DNA from: Zygnema circumcarinatum SAG 698-1b
Taxonomy: Eukaryota > Plantae > Zygnematophyceae
Direction of reading: 5' to 3'
Length of the DNA stretch: 64,000 nt
NCBI GenBank assembly: GCA_037447605.1
Contig: CM074813.1
Location: forward strand, 1,364,001 to 1,428,000
Positions 52,778 to 64,000 of the stretch are shown in pieces (the stretch's first letter is position 1; each line of letters begins with the position of its first letter). The position numbers and the translations under genes were made by a program. The notes below the pieces were generated by a model. The model saw nothing but the letters and a program-made list of their open reading frames with translations, had not been told where the DNA came from and did no database searches.

Positions 52778-55696
52778 ACACACACACACAAACACGCAAA
52801 CACACAGGGTCTCTCTTTTTGCGCCTTTCTCCGTCTAGACCCTCCACTTTCTCTACCCCTTTCCCACTCTCCGCCTTCTTCCTCTTCGCCTCCTTCATTT
52901 CTTCGCTTTCACCCTTCCTACTTCTTTTGCTCAACCTCACCATTTCCCCTTTGTCTCCACTCTCTTCCCTCGATCTTGTCTTCTCTTCTCCGCCCATCCC
53001 AGCCTCCACTCTCATCCCCGCACTCACTCCAACAATGCCGTCTCTCTCCTCCCACCCATAGAAAGGGAACCTCCTTACCTCATTATCTCCCCTGAGCACA
53101 CTGAGGGGAGGGGGTGGAAGCTCTGACATTTGCGGAGTCACTATCGGAGAAGTTTCCTTCGGAAGATTTGGCAGCGAGTTATCGACAACCTTGTACCTGC
53201 CACACAAAACCTTAACCATTGCATTGCCTAATTGAAAGGAAGTTTTGGATAACAGAACACAAAAGGACTTGAAAGTAAGCAGGCACAAAAAAAATCATCG
53301 TAGAACAGAAGCAATCGCACGAGAAAAAAACAGGAATGGAGTAAATCTCTTCGAACCTGAGATAAGGCATTTCCGTGCTGTTGAAGAGGAGCAGGTTGGC
53401 GACAGATGGAAGGTCTTCAGGGACTCCACCAATCCCCTCCTGCCACGTCAGCACATTTGTTTCTTTCTACTTTAACTACAGTAAGGCGAAGGCAGTCTTA
53501 CTAATAACTCTGAAGGACAAGGTTTACATCGAATGAGTTGCTACATGCAACTGCAGTGTGTGTTCTCTAGACATTAGTCTTCTACAATTGACGAGCACTC
53601 TGCTACTAGTTCCATGCAGTCTCAAACACCATAGTTCCAGTTCCAGTTCCAGTTCCAGTTTTAATTCCAGTTCCAGTTCCAATTCCAATTCCAATTCCAG
53701 TTTCAGTTTCAGTCTCAGTTACAGTTATGGTCATGCCACCATACCGGCGGATGCTCTTGTTCTGGAAGCCGTTCAACCGCTGTTGCAGCAAAGAATCGGA
53801 AAAGCTCCATAGCTTCCTCCACTCCTTGCGGCGCTTCCTGCACTTCTTCATCAAAGAAAAGTAACCAAATACCGAATGAGCAATGACAACCTTAACCCTA
53901 AGGTCCCCTCACTTCCTGAAAACCTCAAGAGGAATTTTGGCTTATTTAGTTAGTTTTTCAGCATACAGAGTTCCGATCCAAGATTGAGCCCGCACCTGCC
54001 CCCCATAAGGAGGTGGAACCAACGCCGGAAAGTTGTCGAGTTGACGCGGCGGCTGAGCGGAGAAGAGAGGCTCAAAGTCGGAAGTTCGCGGAGGGAGGGA
54101 GGGATACTTTGAGAGCGAACAAACTCTGATTGGCCGGTTGGCTCCAGCAACTGCCTCGATTTGGGCCTGCTCCAAACTCACAGCTCTCCCTCACCGATAA
54201 AAATTTACACGATTGTGTGTGTGGGGGGTGGGGGGGGGGGGAGGGCGAGGGAGAGAGAGGGAGAGAGAGGGAGAGGACGAGAAAGAGAGAGGAAGCTTTA
54301 GCACTTCTAGAATTTTCAGCTTTTCTGCTGTGATAGCAATGTTGTGAGCGACTTCATCGGAATTGATACATTATGAAACTTTTCTTTTGCCTAAGGACCG
54401 AAAAAAAAAATGGCAACGCCAAGCATGTCAACAAACGAGGCCAAGATTCGGTGGAGGTTCGCATGAAAAGCATGAGCATGAGTCAACTTTGCGGCCCCTT
54501 CCCCTTGAGCACCTGCGCCTCTTGGACCCGCGAAGAGAGGAGGGACAGCCGCGCCTGCTCCGCCTCAACCTGCACAACAGATTTTTCGAACCTAGATTTC
54601 TCAGAACCTAGCTTAGCCTTTTAGGAATTCAAAAAATTAAGACCACATATTATTCAATACAGACTTTAACTCTGAATGTTCTGAACAGGAACAGCTCCGG
54701 AAAATTCAAATTCAGAAAAAAGAAGGAATGAAAGGAACTTGAGTCTGCTTTGAAATCATATATACTTGAAAAAGAAAAGACTTGGAAGAACCCTGGACGC
54801 TCAACCCTAAGGCCAGAACCCTGAATACTGAACCCTAAACCCTAAATTCCCTGAACCCTAAGTTCTGAACCCTGAACCCTGAACCCTAAACCATAAGCCC
54901 TTTCCCTGAACCCTGAACCCTAAACCCTAAACCCGAACCCTAAACCCTAAACCCTACGTCCTGAATCCGGAACTCTCACCCTCACCCTAAGCTCTAAACA
55001 CTAAAGCCTCACCCTGACCCCTAAGTCCTACACCCTGATCCCTTAAGTACTGAATCCTGAACCCTGAACCCTAACCCAAAGTCCTGAACCCTGACCCTAA
55101 ACCCTAACCCTGAACCCTAAACCCTAAACTAAACTCTGAACTCTGAACCCTAAACACTAAACCCTAAATCCAGACCTTAAAAAGTCCTGAGCCCTGAACC
55201 TTACACCCTAAACCCTAACCCTGACCCTAACCCCTAGCCCTGACCCGAAACCCTAACCCTGAACCCTAATTCCGAACCCTAAAAGTCCTGAACCCTGAAC
55301 CTTGAACCTTACACCCTAAACCCTAACCCTGACCCTAAACCCTAACCCTGACCCTAAACCCTAACCCTGAACCCTGAACCCTAAGTCCTGAACCTTGAAC
55401 CCTAAGTCAATCCTGACCCCAAAACCCCGCATCCCGGGAACCCTTAAAATGTTACCCGGCGAAGGACTGTATCGAGAATGTCGTCGGCCGCGCGCTCGAG
55501 ACTGGCGAGGGAGTGGCAGAGACGGCCGTACGTCTCTCCCGGCGCCAGGTTCAGGCCCACCACTGGATCCAACCAACAGATCAACACCCGAAGGATCAAC
55601 AACGGCTTGTGGGGTTCAAACAGTCTACCCTGCCAGGTGGAACCATGCCGCTGCCCGCTTACCAGGCACATGGTACTGCTGCCATGAGGGAGCCAT
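49904..55696 (-). CDS. WASH1: WASH complex subunit 1 (WAHD, proline-rich region, WH2/C/A). Exons include 55696-55663, 55562-55456, 54569-54513, 54166-53996, 53837-53745, 53439-53357, 53196-53079, ~52630-52510, ~52020-51957, ~51690-51150, ~51040-50930, ~50560-50460, and last exon ~49958-49904; some internal exons unresolved
   Basis: WAHD-like QYHVPVVGLNLAPGETY..., RVQEAQ|AQIEAVAGANRPIRVCSLSKYP, EGIGGVPEDLPSVANLLLFNSTEMPY, FSFRPAPRAVPPLSLPHSLPDLP, SIAPSA; poly-Pro; WH2 GRAALLASIRNPGVSLRKV; central helix VMAEMAKTLTMRRMS; acidic tail GDDNDNDDWSD*. Confidence 0.85.
52678..52790 (+). repeat. (CT)n microsatellite followed by (CA)n in a WASH1 intron
   Basis: Directly visible. Confidence 0.9.
53634..53726 (+). 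repeat. (TTCCAG/TTCCAA/TTTCAG)n hexamer repeat in a WASH1 intron
   Basis: Directly visible; lies between the exons ending 53745 and starting 53439. Confidence 0.8.
54800..55430 (+). repeat. Degenerate interstitial telomere-like tract (AAACCCT / GAACCCT / AACCCT / GACCCT units) in WASH1 intron 2
   Basis: Dozens of C-strand telomere-type units over ~630 bp. Confidence 0.9.
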
Positions 55697-56370
55697 GGCG
55701 GACAGAGAGGGGTGGGAATTGCTCTGATTCCACGTTTCCTTGCAGGAGCAGGGGCGTGGGCAGAGTCGGATCCACCACCGGATCAACTTTCAGGATTTTG
55801 GGTTTTAAGGGCCATCTGTCGGTGATGAACCTGAGTCTTCATTAGTGGAATTGGAACAACTGAGATCAACTCTAACTGTTGAGTGTTTTATTCAGCCAAT
55901 TAAAACAGTACCGTACTGCCCAAATTAAAAATTTCTCCGTCCTGGATTCCGATTGGCCCCCCCCAGCAAGTTCACATTTTGCTGTAGAAAAATATTGATC
56001 CAAGACGTTCCGGGGGAAGATAGCCGTTGGATATGCCACGTGTAACATTCATAAAAATCGGACGGCTGATAAATTTTATTGATATGCCACGTGGAAAAAT
56101 GAGTTTTTGGCCGTTGGATTGCCGCGTGTGAGATTTTGGGAGCAGCACTGGATCGAAGGTCGATATTTTGTCCGCTAGTGTTTATGAACCGATATGGAGA
56201 TACAGTACCTCCAGCATATCCCGATACGCTCTAAGTCTTCTTCCTGAGGAATGGGAGAGAGACGTTTCCCTGAGTTCCCACCCTCTCCTCTCCTTTCCTT
56301 CTCGCGCGGCTCACCATAGTTTCACTTCTGCTCTGTGTATTGCGTCGTATCCGCAGAGCAAGAAGAAGAC

Positions 56371-59300
56371 ATGCAGATTTTCGTGAGGACTCTCGAAGGC
56401 AGTACACTTTCTCTTTTGGTAAACGCCACCGATCGCGTGCAGGATGTGAAGTCATTGATTGAGGAGAAAGTTCGAATTCCGACAGGTCTCCAGCGCCTAA
56501 TTTACAGCGGAAAGCAGCTTGAAGACGATAATTCTATAACACTTTACAACATCAACAATGATGCGACGCTTAACCTCTTGCTGCGTCTGCGCGGAGGCAT
56601 GCAAGCTCCGGTTGTTTCAAAGCAGCGTATCGACTTCAATATGAGACCGCCTCCGGGATATGTTGCTGGTCTAGGAAGAGGAGCAACCGGTTTCACGACT
56701 CGGTCGGATATTGGGCCTGCAAGAGCAGCTCCTGATTTGCCCGACAGAGTTCCAGGGGTGCCTGCAGCAGCAAGGAAGGAGGAGGAGGAGGCAGAAGAAG
56801 ATGAAGGAGCGGCAGCTGATAAAGAGAAGAAGTATGATGAGAATCAGAAGTTCGATGAGTTTGAAGGGAACGACGTTGGCCTGTTTGCGAGTGGCGAATA
56901 CGATGAAGACGACAAGGAAGCGGACGAGGTTTGGGAAGCCATCGATGCTCGCATGGACTCGCGGCGGAAAGATCGAAGGGAGCAGAGGTTGAAGGAGGAG
57001 ATTGAAAAGTATCGAGCGAACAATCCGAAGATAACAGAACAGTTTGCAGATTTAAAGAGGAAACTGTTGACGATGTCGGGAGATGACTGGGAAAGTATTC
57101 CTGAAATAGGAGATTACAGTTTGAGAAACAAGAAAAAACGGTTTGAAAGCTTTGTTCCTGTTCCGGATACGCTGCTTGAAAAAGCTCGGCAGGAGAAGGA
57201 GCATGTCACTGCTTTAGACCCCCGCGGAAAGGCAGCAGGAACAGATACCCCGTTTGGGCAAACTCCAGTCACTGATTTGACTGCTGTGGGAGAAGGTCGA
57301 GGTACTGTTCTGAGTTTGAAACTTGACAGATTGTCGGACTCTGTCACTGGGCAAACTGTGGTAGATCCCAAGGGTTATCTCACCGACCTGAAAAGTATGA
57401 AAATTACAAGTGACGCAGAAATATCGGACATCAAGAAGGCGAGGCTACTGCTCAAATCTGTCATCTCTACAAATCCTAAACACGCCCCTGGATGGATTGC
57501 AGCCGCGAGATTAGAAGAGGTTGCTGGAAAGATTCAGTCTGCGAGAAATTTCATTCAGCGTGGCTGCGAAGAATGTCCGAAGAATGAAGATGTGTGGCTC
57601 GAAGCCTGCAGACTTGCAACTCCGGATGCTGCAAAAGCAGTTCTTGCTAGAGGAGTGAAGGCGATACCTAATTCTGTAAAGCTATGGATGCAGGCAGCTA
57701 GACTAGAACAAGAGGATTCAGCAAAATCTAGGGTTTTAAGGAAGGCTTTGGAGCACATTCCAGATTCTGTGAGGCTGTGGAAGGCGGTCGTGGAGTTGGC
57801 AAATGAAGACGATGCAAGAGTACTGCTCTCTAGGGCTGTGGAGTGCTGTCCTCTTCATGTGGAACTATGGCTGGCACTTGCCCGGCTGGAAAGTTATGAG
57901 AATGCGAAGAAGGTGCTGAATAGGGCAAAGGAAACAATCCCTACGGACCCTTTGATTTGGATCACAGCGGCAAAACTTGAGGAAGCCAACGGAAATCAGC
58001 CTATGGTGGGCAAAATTATTGAGCGAGCCATTCGCTCTCTTCAGAGAGAGGGTGTTCAAATTGATCGTGAGGCTTGGATGAAGGAGGCAGAGGCTGCAGA
58101 ACGTGCTGGTTCAGTTGCGACATGTCGTGCGATTGTGAATTCGACAGTAGGTATTGGAGTTGAAGAAGAGGATCGAAAGAGGACATGGATGGCCGACGCG
58201 AATGAGTGTATAGGTCGAGGTTCAGTTGAGACTGCGAGGGCCATATATGCACACGCTCTATCCGTTTTTCCAGGAAAGAAGTCTGTTTGGCTGAAAGCAG
58301 CACAGTTGGAGAAGAGCCACGGAACAAGGGATTCACTGGATGCACTTTTACGGAAGGCGGTGACTTTCTGTCCCCAAGCAGAGGTATTATGGTTGATGGG
58401 GGCAAAGGAGAAATGGCTCGCAGGAGATGTGGCGTCTGCTAGGGCTATTTTAGAGGAGGCATATGCGGCAATACCTAACTCTGAGGAAATTTGGCTAGCT
58501 GCTTTCAAGCTAGAATTCGAGAACAAGGAGCCGGCGAGGGCGAGGATTCTGCTTGCAAAGGCGCGGGAGAGGGGAGGGACAGAGAGGGTGTGGATGAAGT
58601 CTGCGATCTTGGAAAGGGAAGTAGGGAATGTTAAAGAACAGAAGATTTTGCTGGAGGAAGGATTGCGCCGGTTTCCAGATTTCCATAAGCTCTGGCTTAT
58701 GTTGGGACAGCTTGAAGTACGGCAAGAACGGCTGGAGGTGTGTTTCAATAACTGTTTGTGTGTGTGTTGTTTTTAATTGCAGTTGTATGTCGTGAGAACT
58801 GAGTTTTGTAGCATCGTGACGAATGAACAAGCGTAAGTTTCACTTGTACTTTGTGTTGTTTCGGGCATGAAGTCCATTTCTTCACTGTAACGCGCTCCAA
58901 GTATTTTCAGAATAGTTAGCTCCAGATCAAAACTTAATATTTTAATTGCGCTTCTTTGTTTGATGTTGCAAGGTAGCTGTGAAAACGTAAGTGTTCTGCC
59001 TGATCAGGTTGTCATAACGAAGCGAAGTTGCGGATGTCTAGAGTTTATTTAGGAGTCTGTACTTGGGTTGGTATCTCAAAACGAGTCCAAAACGCTGAAA
59101 CTTATTCTGACTCACGTAGGTGCAATGTTGTTGGTAACAGGCTGCCCGGGATGTGTACCAGAAGGGATTGAAGCACTGCCCTAAAAGCACTCCTTTATGG
59201 CTTTCGGCTGCACAGCTGGAGGAGGTTGTGGGAGGTCTGAGTAAGGCACGCGCTATATTAGAGCAGGCAAGACATAAGAATCCGCAGAACCCAGAGCTAT

Positions 59301-59806
59301 GGCTGGCAGCTATCAGGACTGAGGCGCGGGCAGGGAGCAAGAAGGTTGCTGACTCAGTCATGGCTAAGGCATTACAAGACTGCCCCACCAGCGGGATACT
59401 CTGGGCAGAAGCTATTGAAATGGCAGCGAGGCCGCAGAGAAAGTCTAAAAGTGTGGATGCATTGAAACGGTGTGATCACGACGCACATGTGATCGCCGCC
59501 GTTGCCAAACTTTTTTGGGCCGACCGGAAGGTTGAGAAAGCCAGAAACTGGTTCGCAAGAGCTGTCACATTAAAGCCGGACATTGGCGATTTCTGGGCTC
59601 TGTATTATAAGTTTGAATTACAGCATGGGAATGAAGATCAGCAGGCCGAAGTACTGAAGAAATGCTTAGCTGCAGAGCCGCGCAAAGGAGAGGCTTGGAC
59701 CAAAGTCTCCAAGGCTGTGGAGAATGCACATTTGTCCACTGAAGCCATTTTGAAGAAGGTGGTTGTGGCCCTCGCAAAGGTAGACGATGGAAGTTCCCAC
59801 GTGTAA
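56371..59806 (+). CDS. PRP6: Pre-mRNA splicing factor PRP6/STA1 with N-terminal ubiquitin-like domain. Exons 56371-58737, 59141-59806
   Basis: Ubiquitin-like [10 protein letters not shown]...LLLRLRGG; PRP1_[27 protein letters not shown]; [11 protein letters not shown]; HAT repeats ([16 protein letters not shown], etc.). One GT-AG intron. Confidence 0.96.
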
Positions 59807-60930
59807 GAGCAGCCTGATTACGACTGCATTAGGGAAGAGATGTGAAGGAGGAGGAGGATCGTTTCTTGGACCGGCTTGTATAGTGCAGTAGGAACAAACA
59901 ATATAGATTTAGGGTTTATCTTTGGATACTCGTCCCGCAGTGAGATTGATTTAGTGCTTAGGGTCACGCTTGTACTCGATCTCAAGCCCTAAAAATCAAA
60001 ACTTGGGTGCATACATGAAACTGTCCTTCAAGCACTATCAGCAATTTACAATTTTTGGTACAAATCATGTTGCGGTTTTTTTTATCCGGTGGTGTGGAAG
60101 GTGCTTGAAACGAAAGAGTTTAAAAGGCAAAGGGGCGGTCTTGACTCCAAATCTTGTCAACTCTCTTATTTTTTTTGCGCATGCTTTGGCAGCATTACGT
60201 TGCTTGAAGCAAACTATGTTGGAAGTGGCGCGTAAGTGAATGGCTCCCCCCGACTGACTACCAGCGACGAGAGCCCATGTTGCCTCCTCTCATTGGATGC
60301 CTTATGTTATGTGACAGGGTTTTGGGCTGAGTTCAAGTTCATGCCATAGTGGCATCGCCCATCCCGTTACCCATAGAAAACGACACCCAGCCCCCCCCCC
60401 CCCCNNNNNNNNNNCCCCCCCCCCCCCCTCCCCCCCTTCCAAGATAATCAACTGTCATTAGCCTGCCCTGCCCACTTATCCCTCTCCCTATGCCAAATCG
60501 CACGGTTCGATATCCGATACTTGAAAATGAGGTATATCGATACGATATGCACGTGACGGTATCGTACCGTAGTCGATATTGGCTGGTTGACATCCACCTC
60601 CATCTGTCAAGGGGCTGATCTGCTTTCGGAAGTCACTGTGATCTTTTGAGTGTTGATCCGGACCAAGATTACGGTGGCGTTGATCCAGATCAACGCCCCC
60701 CTGTGTGCTGCCGAACGGACGCCAGGAGGCGCCTGTCACAGGAGGGCAGCAGACAGCTTGCTGCTTGCAGCTTCGGCCCATGCTTCAGGCCTTGACATGC
60801 TGGAATGCCCTGCCCATGCCTAACATGAGATATCTATGCGTATAAGGCTTCTACTTTTCTTGGATTAGGAAACTGACATCAGGGTTAGGGCTAGGCTAAG
60901 TCTATTGTTGGATCCTGCAATAGAACAGCC

Positions 60931-63900
60931 ATGGCTGCTACGCTTGAAGAAGCTAGATATGAATCACAACCTAAAGCAGGCAAGACGTCATTCATCAGCA
61001 TGGCCTGTAAGTTGAATGCGGAGATTCAAGCAGTTCTTGCCGTCATGCGACAGAACGAAAAATGGGGGCCATCGATGCCGCATTATTATGATGAGCAGGA
61101 TGCAGATGATCCTCTTTTGCGAGATTTTAAGCTTCTGAGAAAAAGGCTCTTTTCGACCGAAGACTGGAAGATGCTCACTCCTGCAGTTTATCTCGCTCCA
61201 TTCTTGGCCGTCATTCGGTCGGAGAAAACTAACATCTTAATCACAGGTGCTGCACTTACTGCGATCCGTAAAGTTCTCACTCTAGAACTCTTTGGAGCCT
61301 CAGAAGTTGAAGCGCAGCAGGCAATGCATGCCATTATCGACGCAGTTACCGCTTGTCGGTTTGAAGTCACGGATCAAGTTTCTGAAGAGATAGTTCTGAT
61401 GAAGGTCCTGCAGGTCCTCTCGACATGCCTCAAGTGTAGCGCTGGCAAGCTTCTGAGTGACAGAGATGTTTGCTCTGTGATCAATACTTGCTTCCGGGTA
61501 CTTCACCAGTCTGCGGGGAAGGGAGAACTTTTTCAGCGAGTGGCTTGCGTCACTATGCAGGAGATGATTCGTTGCGTGTTTGGAAGACTGCCAAATTTAA
61601 GGGAAGACGATTCAGTAGATGAAGGAAGCGAAGCTGAGGGAGTGCTCGCTTATGTTAGAGAAGGAGCTTCAGGAAATGAAGAGACTTCGTCTACAGCTAA
61701 CGGACGATCTTTGGACGAGGTACGTCTTCAGCTCGTTTCTCCCGGAGAATCATGTTTGTTCGCACCTTTCTGCAACTGTGATATTCATACTTGCAACTGG
61801 GCATCTTGGAGCTGTTAGTCGCGAGAGACATTCAGTGAGACTTGTAAAGCCTTCTTAAATGACTCAAGAATTCTGCTGGCATTACAGCGTTCACTTGGAA
61901 CTTTGAAGTGCTTTGAACTTTGATTCGTTTGACTATTTTTGCCTCTAGAAACACCTTATAGAGATGGGGCAATCTGGAATGCCGGACGCTGACTTAATAA
62001 CTGGCTAGTGAGCAAGTTTTCTTGGTGAAAAGTAGGTTAAGTCTGTGAACGTGAATGAATTCGTCTATGTGCTCATTCTGCAGGATGGGAAAAGAGTAGC
62101 GGTTGGAGCAAACGGTGCCGTGACGCCATCAGCAGGGAGTAGAGATGCTGGAGGGGAAAAGATAGTTGAAGTAGGTGTTAGGCCAATTCCTGACGGACAC
62201 ACGGGAGCTTCGAACAGTGGTTTTGGGGAGCAGATTCAGGGAGGTGATGGGAAATCAGCTGAACATGGAGTGGCGGATTGGAATGGGGCTGAGGCTGGGA
62301 GTGGTGCAGCTGAAGAGCATCATGTTGTGGATGCAGTGAAAACGAATTTTGTAGGAAAACCCCATGGAATTGCGTGCATGGTGGAGATCTTTCACTTGCT
62401 ATGCTCTCTGCTCAGCTTAGAAGATCAGTATTTGGGAGAAGGATCTGGTGGAGAAGAAGATATGCCACTTTTTGCGCTCGGTCTTGTGAATTCTGCCGTG
62501 GAGCTTGGGGGAGAAGATATTGCAAAGCATCCCAAGTTATTAAGCTTAGTTCAAGACGAGCTATTTCGAAACCTCATGCAGCTGGGCTTATCTTCAAATG
62601 TGTTAGTTTTGTCGCTAGTCTGCAGCATTGTTCGGAACTTATTTCACACTCTTCGAGTTCACCTGAAGCTCCAAATTGAAGCCTTTTTTTCTTTCGTTGT
62701 AGTTCGTTTAGCACAGGGAAAGTATGGAGCTCCTTTTCAACAGCAAGAAGTTGTGCTAGAGCTCCTTGTGGACTTTTGTCGACAGCCAAGCTTTATCATC
62801 GAAATGTTTGCAAACTACGATTGCGACATAACGTGCTCCAATACATTTGAAGAACTAACTAGCCTCTTGTCGAAAAGTGCTTTCCCTGTCAATTCTCCTC
62901 TTTCTACTCTACATGTTCTCGCGCTGGAGGGCTTATTGGCGGTGGTTCAGAGTATTGCAGATAGGTTAGAAGCTTCACCTCCAGGTCCAGCTCCTTCCAG
63001 TTCATTCGACATATCAGAGATTTCTCCGTTCTGGACCATTCAGATGGAAAAATTCGAGAATTCAGCGAGATGGGTGGAACATGTAAGGAGGCAGAAACAT
63101 ATCAAGCGACGGCTGATGCTGGGTGCTGATCACTTCAATAGGGATCCGAAGAAAGGACTGTTATACTTGCAGAATGCGAAGCTTTTGCCAAAGGACTTGG
63201 ACCCGCATAGTGTAGCCTGTTTCTTTCGCTATACGCCCGGCTTAAACAAGACACTTCTAGGAGAGTATTTTGGAGACCCCAACGATTTCAATGTGCATGT
63301 GCTACATGAGTATACAAATCTGTTCGACTTCAAAGACATGACTGTTGATGCGGCCCTTCGAACATTTTTAGAATCCTTTCGGCTGCCTGGAGAAGCGCAG
63401 AAGATTTCAAGAGTTCTGGAGTCCTTTGCAGAGAGATACCATAAGCAGTGCCCGGCGGTCCTAGCCAACAAGGATGCTGTTTTTGTTTTCTGCTACTCAG
63501 TCATCATGCTTAATACAGACCTGCACAATGCTGGTGTAAAGCGCAAAATGACGGAGGAGGAATTTATTCGCAACAACCGGGACATCAATGATGGCAAGGC
63601 CCCTCCCAGGGAGATGATGACTGAGTTGTATCATTCAATTGCAAAGAATGAGATTCGAATGTCGCAGGATGGAGTTTCTGGTGTTCCAGAGATGACTTAT
63701 AGTCGTTGGATTGATTTAATGCGACGATCTCGTACATCAATTCCTTACACGATTTGCACGGCGGTTCCGTTGTTTGACCGTGACATGTTCGCTTCCATAT
63801 CAGGTCCAACTATAGCGGCGATTTCAGTGGTCTTTGACCATACCGAAGATGAAGAAATTCTGCAGCAATGCGTGGATGGATTTATGGCAGTTGCAAAAAT

Positions 63901-64000
63901 TTCAACCCATCATCGATTGGAGGACGTGCTTAACGATCTTGTTGTGTCCCTTTGCAAGTTCACCACTTTGCTCAATCCAACTGGGACAGCGGAGGAACCA
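60931..64000 (+). CDS. GNOM: GNOM/GBF1-type large ARF-GEF, 5' part (exon 60931-61719; exon 62084 to beyond the window end)
   Basis: DCB domain (LNAEIQAVLAVMRQNEKWG, VTACRFEVTDQVSEEIVLMKVLQVL); HUS box MFANYDCD; Sec7 domain HFNRDPKKGL...FRLPGEAQKISRVLESFAERY...YSVIMLNTDLHN. Single intron after the DCB exon. GNOM versus GNL cannot be resolved. Confidence 0.93.

Noticed and set aside
53606-53854. ORF with (TG/IG)n repeat peptide
   Set aside because: The repeat is intronic. The real WASH1 exon (53837-53745) is in another frame and ends at a GT donor.
60391-60434. Poly-C tract with 10 N
   Set aside because: Unresolved homopolymer in the assembly; no biological inference is possible.

Overview
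This is eukaryotic nuclear DNA from an intron-rich green plant lineage. The 5S rRNA, tRNA and protein sequences point to a streptophyte alga or early-diverging streptophyte (inference). Eleven protein genes can be supported: the 3' end of sulfite oxidase, an atypical PDI-like protein, AP-4 sigma, TMCO1, an intronless SMT2, mitochondrial FtsH3/10, MTV1/tepsin, the DNA primase small subunit, a full WASH1 with VCA, a ubiquitin-fused PRP6/STA1, and the 5' part of a GNOM-type ARF-GEF. The most unusual feature is a ~16.9-kb 5S rDNA block (25746-42599) between MTV1 and a tRNA-Lys(CTT) gene. It is bracketed by a ~215-bp direct repeat, has ~903-bp units whose spacers are built from palindromic CCATTG/CAATGG motifs and long hairpins, and ends in a fold-back junction containing an inverted 5S fragment. 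The array is interrupted by a Copia element into which two related Gypsy elements are nested (one a chromovirus with a TSD), and by a 100-N gap. The nested segment looks error-rich and may be partly uncorrected long-read sequence. Exon boundaries were read by eye and some are approximate. No database search was possible, so family assignments rest on remembered motifs.
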